Shown one piece after another: positions 58,337 to 64,000 of a stretch of 64,000 bases of DNA (position 1 is its first letter; each line of letters begins with the position of its first letter). The notes beneath the pieces were generated by a model that worked only from the letters and a program-made list of their open reading frames with translations, did not search any database and was not told the origin of the DNA. This DNA comes from a virus. Its lineage: Duplodnaviria > Heunggongvirae > Uroviricota > Caudoviricetes. The stretch lies in IMG/VR virus record IMGVR_UViG_3300012348_000120; one strand, given 5' to 3'. The position numbers and the translations under genes are program-made.

Positions 58337-59660
58337 TCAACTTCACTGCCCGATGAGTTATGCCGTTTATAAGTTTCAACCAGAACTTGGAGAGTTTTCA
58401 GCTTGCTGTGACGCTACGGTATACAAGTTCAACAGGGACTGGTTTAACCAGTTGGGTCCAGACTACTTTGAAAAGTTTCCAACGCTTATTGAGCGCAAAA
58501 CGGCTCTGTATGACGGTATAAAACATTCAGATTGCAAACAATGCTGGGAAAAAGAAAGTATGAACATTCGCAGTATGCGTCAAGTGTTTGGACCCAGATA
58601 CAACAATCTACATGGTAATAGAGAGTTACAGACGGACAAGTCGTATGTAACGCGAGTTGAACTATGGATGAATTCAACTTGTAACTTGGGATGTTTTATG
58701 TGTAATCTTGGCAACAGTAACACTCTGCGGAAAGTGTGGAGCGAAGCCAAGGACACACATGGAAACAACGGAATTGGGTATGATGATTGGATAAATCGTG
58801 ACAACTACCAAACTGAATACAGAAAGTTATTCACTGATTATATGGTGCAGTTCACCATAAACACGCTTAAAAAACCAACATCCGAAACACTATCACATGG
58901 TATGAACATCGCATACCTTGGTGGTGAGCCTACGTTACACGATGAAATGTATGAACATGCCGACATATTCATTGATGCTGCAAAAGAGCGAGTAGCACAA
59001 GGCGCAGAGTTTGTGATTGAAATTGTAACAAACGGAACCAGCAAACCAAAACTGAATAAGCGTTTTATGGAGATGTTCAAGAAGTATAAGGATGCTGGAT
59101 GGAAAACACGTATAATGCTGAGTCAAGATGCTGCGAATGAGTATGTTGATGTTCGTCATGGTGCAGATTTTGAAGCAATCAAAAATAACTTTTCATCTTG
59201 GATTTCTTCAAATAGCTTAATAGACGAGATAAAAAGTCACACCGTAATTAGCAATCTTAATCTCCCATACATTGACAATATGGCAAAGTATTTGCAAAGT
59301 GCGGTGTTAGATAACTACATTGGCAACAGAGATTTAGAGATCAATTTCAATACATTGACAAGTCCAAAGTGGATGCATTTAAAATATCTTCCAAGAAAAT
59401 ATGCCGAAAAAGAAATATTTGAGGCAAAGAGAATACTAACTGACATTAGAACAGAGTTTGGAATACGAATTAATACAGAAGTGTTTGACGAGGTATTAAG
59501 AGCATTGCCAGAGGAAATATCCAAAGCTGATGCTGATATGATCTTTTCTAAATATAAATATGTTGCAGAACAATACAAAAAAGTGTATAATGGATGGAAC
59601 TTGTTTGAAACGTTTAAACATTTGAAACCTTTTGCAGAAGAGTATGGAATAGATTTATGA
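58329..59660 (+). CDS. Radical SAM protein with N-terminal twitch domain (#13)
   Basis: CNLGCFMC, LGGEPT; C..ACC..CKQCW. Confidence 0.9.
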   Translation: MTDQLHCPMSYAVYKFQPELGEFSACCDATVYKFNRDWFNQLGPDYFEKFPTLIERKTALYDGIKHSDCKQCWEKESMNIRSMRQVFGPRYNNLHGNRELQTDKSYVTRVELWMNSTCNLGCFMCNLGNSNTLRKVWSEAKDTHGNNGIGYDDWINRDNYQTEYRKLFTDYMVQFTINTLKKPTSETLSHGMNIAYLGGEPTLHDEMYEHADIFIDAAKERVAQGAEFVIEIVTNGTSKPKLNKRFMEMFKKYKDAGWKTRIMLSQDAANEYVDVRHGADFEAIKNNFSSWISSNSLIDEIKSHTVISNLNLPYIDNMAKYLQSAVLDNYIGNRDLEINFNTLTSPKWMHLKYLPRKYAEKEIFEAKRILTDIRTEFGIRINTEVFDEVLRALPEEISKADADMIFSKYKYVAEQYKKVYNGWNLFETFKHLKPFAEEYGIDL

Positions 59661-60868
59661 GTTTTTGTGCAATCAACGACAAAACCGAAAAGAAACTGAT
59701 GGTGATATGGGACTTGGGCAGAAAATGCACATACTCTTGTAGTTACTGTCCACCTCACAGAAAAAATAGTTGGAGTGCAGTTGCCAGTTTTGAAGAACTG
59801 AAAAAGACTGCCGATGACTTAGAACGATATAGCGAGCTTCTTAATCAGTATCGTGATACTCCATTCCGAGTATCAGCGAGTTTCACTGGCGGCGAACCAA
59901 CTGTCAATCCAGCATTCTTTGATTTCTTGGTATACCTACAAGAAAAGTATCCACACTGGAATAGAACTCTTACAACCAACGGATTTTACTCTGAGAGAAA
60001 ACTGAGGTTGGTTATGAAGAATACCAACTTCACCACATTGAGTTGGCACTGTGAAGGATCACCTGAACAGAAAAAGCGTGTCCGAGAGAATATAAAAATA
60101 ATGGTTGAAGAAGGATACGGCTTCAAGGTAAACGTTATGTTTCATGAGCGTCAGGACTACTTTGATGAATGTGTTGAACTATGCAAGTGGTTTGATGAAA
60201 TTGGTGTAAAGTATATCCCAAGAATCATTGGCGATCAAGGTGACATCAAACAAGGGCTAAAAGACAAGACAGTTCATACATATACCGCCGACCAAATGAA
60301 ATGGTTTACTGACTATTGGAACGCCAAGAATGGCAAGAAGGTAGAAAGCAAAGTCGGAATTCCCAACGAAAAGGTTGTGGGCCAAACCATTGGACGCCCT
60401 TGCTGTGGCGACAGAAAAATGGAAATTCTGGACAACGATGAGTGGGTTCAGACAAAGTTTATAACGAACAACAACTTCCAAGGATGGAGTTGTATGATAA
60501 ACTGGTATTTCCTTTACATTCATCAAGAGATTGATAAGATTTGGTTTCACCAAACATGCCAAGTCAATTTGAACGGCGAAGTCAATCCAATATGCAACGT
60601 GAGCAATTTCGGAACGTTCATAGATGGAATGGAAGAACAGATGAAGTCTGGAAGCATTCCTTATATCCGTTGTCCAAAAACTCATTGTGGTTGCGGGCTA
60701 TGCGTTCCAAAAGCAAGAACGAATGATGTGGCACTGGCGCTATTTAAATCGCATACGAAAAATATACAACCAGAACTTATGGAAACAAAAGAATATCAAA
60801 ATGATCTGGGATCATTGAAAAGTATGGTTGAAATGTATGACAAGTCAAATGGCAACGAAACTATTTAA
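59657..60868 (+). CDS. Radical SAM protein with C-terminal Cys cluster (#14)
   Basis: WDLGRKCTYSCSYC, TGGEPT, TTNG; PCCG, FQGWSC, CPKTHCGCGLC. Confidence 0.9.
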   Translation: MSFCAINDKTEKKLMVIWDLGRKCTYSCSYCPPHRKNSWSAVASFEELKKTADDLERYSELLNQYRDTPFRVSASFTGGEPTVNPAFFDFLVYLQEKYPHWNRTLTTNGFYSERKLRLVMKNTNFTTLSWHCEGSPEQKKRVRENIKIMVEEGYGFKVNVMFHERQDYFDECVELCKWFDEIGVKYIPRIIGDQGDIKQGLKDKTVHTYTADQMKWFTDYWNAKNGKKVESKVGIPNEKVVGQTIGRPCCGDRKMEILDNDEWVQTKFITNNNFQGWSCMINWYFLYIHQEIDKIWFHQTCQVNLNGEVNPICNVSNFGTFIDGMEEQMKSGSIPYIRCPKTHCGCGLCVPKARTNDVALALFKSHTKNIQPELMETKEYQNDLGSLKSMVEMYDKSNGNETI

Positions 60869-60879
60869 TAGGAGACAAT

Positions 60880-61581
60880 ATGATACTTGAATGTAACACA
60901 TCTGGACAAAAGATAGATTTTGAAATTCCAGAGAAATATAAAAAGATTGGCGTGAATTGTAGTGGTGGAGCAGATAGTAGTATTCTCTTGCTTATGGTGG
61001 TTCAATACTTAATTGACAACAACAGAACTGATACTACCGTGTCCGTTTCTACTTGCTCAAATGATAAGAAGGGTAGATGGAACGGCAGACGTGCGGCAGA
61101 CGTAATTGAGTATGTGATAAACAAAACCAAGTTTCCAAATTTTGATTTGCATTACACCTATTATCGCGATGTTCAAGCCGAAAAATACTTTCATGAGGTA
61201 GAAGGAAAGTTATTCTCTGATGAAAGAATTGACCTATTCGTAAGTGGAATAACTTGTAACCCTCCACTTGGAGAAACGGCAGTAAATTCACGTGGGCAAA
61301 CAATTGTATTGTCTGACGATATGCTTCCTTCAAGAACTGGAACCGACCATCAAATTTGGTATTATAACAATGATGATGCATTCTATACTCCATTTGCAAA
61401 CGTTGATAAAAGATTTGTGGCATCTATGTATGAGCACTATGGCGCAAATGATTTGTTTGACTTAACTCGCAGTTGTGAATCCATTCCAAACGAAGATGAA
61501 AACATATCTGTGTTTGAGCGAGTTCCTTGTGGAAATTGCTGGTGGTGCTTGGAACGCAAGTGGGCTTTTGGGAGATTTTAA
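60880..61581 (+). CDS. QueC-like PP-loop ATPase (adenine nucleotide alpha-hydrolase), copy 1
   Basis: SGGADS PP-loop; PFANVDK; TRSC...CGNCWWCLER Zn site. Confidence 0.75.
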   Translation: MILECNTSGQKIDFEIPEKYKKIGVNCSGGADSSILLLMVVQYLIDNNRTDTTVSVSTCSNDKKGRWNGRRAADVIEYVINKTKFPNFDLHYTYYRDVQAEKYFHEVEGKLFSDERIDLFVSGITCNPPLGETAVNSRGQTIVLSDDMLPSRTGTDHQIWYYNNDDAFYTPFANVDKRFVASMYEHYGANDLFDLTRSCESIPNEDENISVFERVPCGNCWWCLERKWAFGRF

Positions 61582-62297
61582 TGACACTCGTATTTGAAGA
61601 TAAGTTTGGTAATGGATCGGTAGAGATAGATATACCGACCAAATATAAAAAAGTGGCAGTCAATTGTAGTGGCGGTGCCGATAGTAGTATTCTTCTGTAT
61701 GTGCTGGCAAAATACATTAAGGACAATCAACTGGATGTCAAATTGAGTGTGTTGACTTGTAGCACAGATGTCAAAGACCGATGGACTGGACGCAAGGCTG
61801 AACTTGTGACAAACTATATAATTGAAAATGTAGGTTCTGGCATCATTGATATGCATTACATATATTTCAGAGAGCGCCCACAGACAGAGGATTTCCACGC
61901 AATTGAAGCATCATTGTTCGCAGACAAACGAGCAGACTTGATTGTGAGTGGAATAACTTCAAATCCACCTATCGGAGCAACAGTTGAAAACATAGATGGT
62001 GACGTTATTGATTTAACCAACGGTTCTATGGATAATCGCAATGGAACGGACCATACTATATGGCACATTTCAACCGATGGCAAAGGTGACTTTTGGAGTC
62101 CATTTGCTAATGTTGACAAAAGATTTGTTGCAGACCTATATGACCATTACGGCGTGAGAGATACGTTGCTTCCACTCACTCGTAGCTGTGAAAAGAAAAC
62201 TCCTCTTGATGCACCATTTGATCCTATGTTTGAAGAAAAAACTTGTGGCATATGCTGGTGGTGTTTAGAGCGTAAATGGGCGTTTGGTAATTTCTGA
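61581..62297 (+). CDS. QueC-like PP-loop ATPase, copy 2 (tandem paralog)
   Basis: SGGADS; PFANVDK; TRSC...CGICWWCLERKWAFG; TAATG coupling. Confidence 0.75.
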   Translation: MTLVFEDKFGNGSVEIDIPTKYKKVAVNCSGGADSSILLYVLAKYIKDNQLDVKLSVLTCSTDVKDRWTGRKAELVTNYIIENVGSGIIDMHYIYFRERPQTEDFHAIEASLFADKRADLIVSGITSNPPIGATVENIDGDVIDLTNGSMDNRNGTDHTIWHISTDGKGDFWSPFANVDKRFVADLYDHYGVRDTLLPLTRSCEKKTPLDAPFDPMFEEKTCGICWWCLERKWAFGNF

Positions 62298-62299
62298 TT

Positions 62300-63478
62300 A
62301 TGACTAAAAGATATGTATGCAGTAAAATGTTTACGGACTTGAATATCAAGTTTCCGTATAACTGTGTGAAAAATTGCTGCAAGTCAAATGACTATCGTTC
62401 ATCAACGAATGATGTTGCATCTGATGACTTTTTCATTCAGAATTCAGAATATATTCGCCGTAAAACAGACATGTTGGTGAACAATGTTCTTCCAGTTGGG
62501 GGATGTGATACTTGCATCAATATGGGAGATTATAGTCTATTTGAAACTTGGAATGAGTGGGGTCCAGAAAAGCAAAACGATTTATCGTTGCTAAACACTG
62601 ATTCATTTGAAACATACGAAATGGTATTGTCAAGTGCTTGTGATTTGAAATGCGTGTATTGTCATCCAAAAGACAGCACAAGTTGGGCAAAAGAACTCGG
62701 CGTTTCACCAAACAAAGGATCAGACGAATGGAAAAAAGAAGTAACTTCCAAGTTAATCGAATCTCTTAAAACAAAAACGTTTTATGATGACAAGCAATAT
62801 ACGTTCTTTTTTAGTGGTGGCGAACCAACGTATAATACTGAAACATTAGATTTTGTCAATGAGGTCTTAAAATACGTCCCAAAGAAAAATACCAGTATAT
62901 GTATAAGCACTAACGCGAATACAAAGCCCAAAGTGTTTAAAAAGTATCTGGAAGCCATTCAATCTGATTTAGAAGTTAAATGGACATTTGATTGCAGTAT
63001 CGATGGAATAGAAAAAGTATGCGAAGCAATACGATATGGCATTTCTTGGAATACGGCAATCAATAACATTAATACTCTCTTGCAACAACCAAATGTATTA
63101 GTCAGAATATCTCCAACCGTAAGTTTATATAGTGTTCCGACTATGTATGATTTTGTTACGTATTTCGTTGAATTATTCAAGAAGTATGATAAGATACATA
63201 AACATATGTTCAACTACAATATGGCACAGGAATCTGGAATGTCTCCTGCTAATATGCCAGATGATTATAAAGAGTGTTTACAAAGTTCCATAGACTATTT
63301 GAAGAACGAAAATGTATCTTATTATGCACATTTGCAAAATGTTAAAAATATAATAGGAACTGACTATAACGAATATAAAACTTCAAAGATAAAATCAAAG
63401 TTTGAATATTTCAAGACAAAGCGACCAGACATGAATTGGGACAACTTGTTTCCACATATTAACGATATTATAGGATAA
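62300..63478 (+). CDS. Radical SAM protein with N-terminal twitch domain (#15)
   Basis: CDLKCVYC, SGGEPT; C..NCC..CDTC. Confidence 0.9.
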   Translation: MTKRYVCSKMFTDLNIKFPYNCVKNCCKSNDYRSSTNDVASDDFFIQNSEYIRRKTDMLVNNVLPVGGCDTCINMGDYSLFETWNEWGPEKQNDLSLLNTDSFETYEMVLSSACDLKCVYCHPKDSTSWAKELGVSPNKGSDEWKKEVTSKLIESLKTKTFYDDKQYTFFFSGGEPTYNTETLDFVNEVLKYVPKKNTSICISTNANTKPKVFKKYLEAIQSDLEVKWTFDCSIDGIEKVCEAIRYGISWNTAINNINTLLQQPNVLVRISPTVSLYSVPTMYDFVTYFVELFKKYDKIHKHMFNYNMAQESGMSPANMPDDYKECLQSSIDYLKNENVSYYAHLQNVKNIIGTDYNEYKTSKIKSKFEYFKTKRPDMNWDNLFPHINDIIG

Positions 63479-63480
63479 AA

Positions 63481-64000
63481 ATGACAGAAATAAACAAGGA
63501 CAGTCTGCATTGGTCACAATATGATTTCACAAAAATACCATTTGATGACTTAGTTTCAGTTGGACAAAGAACACTACTATATAGAGACTTGTTCTCTGTG
63601 AGTTGGCTTCTTGGTAGGTTCTGCAACTATAAATGTTCATACTGCTGGCCATATGCGCGTAGTGATAAAAAAGATCACCGTCCAACAGAGTTATGCTTGG
63701 CGACTATTGATGAAATAAAAAGACAAGCACGAGCGAATGGCTTCAATAGTTTTCATTTTAGTCTATCTGGTGGAGAGCCAACGTTCCATCCTGGTTACTT
63801 AGATATACTGGATCATTTAGCGAAGGATGTAGAAAATACAAACTTCACCAGTATTCATATGACTACGAATATGGCGAGAAAACTTGACTGGCATAAGAAC
63901 TATTGTAATATTGCAGCACAGTTTCAACGTGCATCTATAACTGCGAGCTACCACAGTGAATTCGCAGACAAAGACGAATTTGTTGACAAACTGTTACTAT
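63481..64000 (+). CDS. Radical SAM protein (#16), truncated by the window edge (not in ORF track)
   Basis: Hand translation MTEINKDSLHW...WLLGRFCNYKCSYCWPYAR...SLSGGEPTFHP...MTTN; open to the end of the window; same subtype as #9 and #14. Confidence 0.9.
   Translation, partial: MTEINKDSLHWSQYDFTKIPFDDLVSVGQRTLLYRDLFSVSWLLGRFCNYKCSYCWPYARSDKKDHRPTELCLATIDEIKRQARANGFNSFHFSLSGGEPTFHPGYLDILDHLAKDVENTNFTSIHMTTNMARKLDWHKNYCNIAAQFQRASITASYHSEFADKDEFVDKLLL

Noticed and set aside
60880-62297. Assigning the gene symbol queC and a 7-deazaguanine DNA modification system
   Set aside because: Only the PP-loop and Zn motifs match, and partner genes are absent from the window, so the call is kept as QueC-like.
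494-63213. Many 60-155 aa ORFs on the opposite strand or in alternate frames within long genes
   Set aside because: They are fully nested in well-supported CDSs and show no RBS or recognisable motif; this is the expected shadow-ORF pattern.
20544-64000. Classical RiPP biosynthetic cluster
   Set aside because: I found no convincing leader-core precursor, PqqD/RRE domain, peptidase or exporter; the one small peptide (45637) has no Cys. Modification of large proteins remains possible.
1-64000. Stop-codon reassignment as seen in some jumbo phages
   Set aside because: The standard code gives near-complete coding density, including uninterrupted 1451-aa and 3134-aa ORFs and tight stop/start overlaps.
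20544-64000. Bacterial chromosomal polysaccharide locus or a prophage boundary at 20.5 kb
   Set aside because: There is no integrase, att site, transporter, wzx/wzy or housekeeping gene, and the same late-promoter motif and gene packing continue across the junction.
1-64000. tRNA genes, introns, inteins and rho-independent terminators
   Set aside because: Intergenic gaps are short, and I recognised no cloverleaf, intein splice motif or GC-rich hairpin with a U-tract by eye. A covariance-model scan would be needed to exclude them fully.

Overview
This 64-kb window is from a large, AT-rich, T4-like myovirus, most consistent with a jumbo phage of the RAK2/GAP32/Atu_ph07 architecture. It has two parts. 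Positions 1-20.5 kb are a baseplate module: a gp5-like hub/spike fused to an M15 peptidoglycan peptidase, an apparently inactive GH24 lysozyme homolog, an inverted clpP mini-operon, gp25- and gp6-like wedge proteins, a 3134-aa giant virion protein and three smaller structural proteins. Positions 20.5-64 kb, still open at the right edge, are a densely packed, largely translationally coupled enzyme cluster. It holds 16 radical SAM genes (CxxxCxxC read in each; 10 with an N-terminal twitch/SPASM-type Cys domain), four GT-A glycosyltransferase-like genes, a family of four to six uncharacterised IAVC-x-G paralogs, and a form IV RuBisCO-like protein operon with cupin, nucleotidyltransferase and phosphodiesterase-like genes. 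It also holds a HAD phosphatase, a kinase, a PLP enzyme, a carbamoyltransferase with an SGNH/PFIY-peptide module, three methyltransferases, a 2OG-Fe(II) oxygenase and two QueC-like ATPases. T4-type late promoters (ATAAATA) precede many of these enzyme genes. My main hypothesis, which is inference, is a late-expressed phage system that builds and attaches a heavily tailored glycan or other modification to the virion. I saw no tRNA, rRNA, CRISPR array or mobile element. All family calls come from motif reading by eye; no database search was run.
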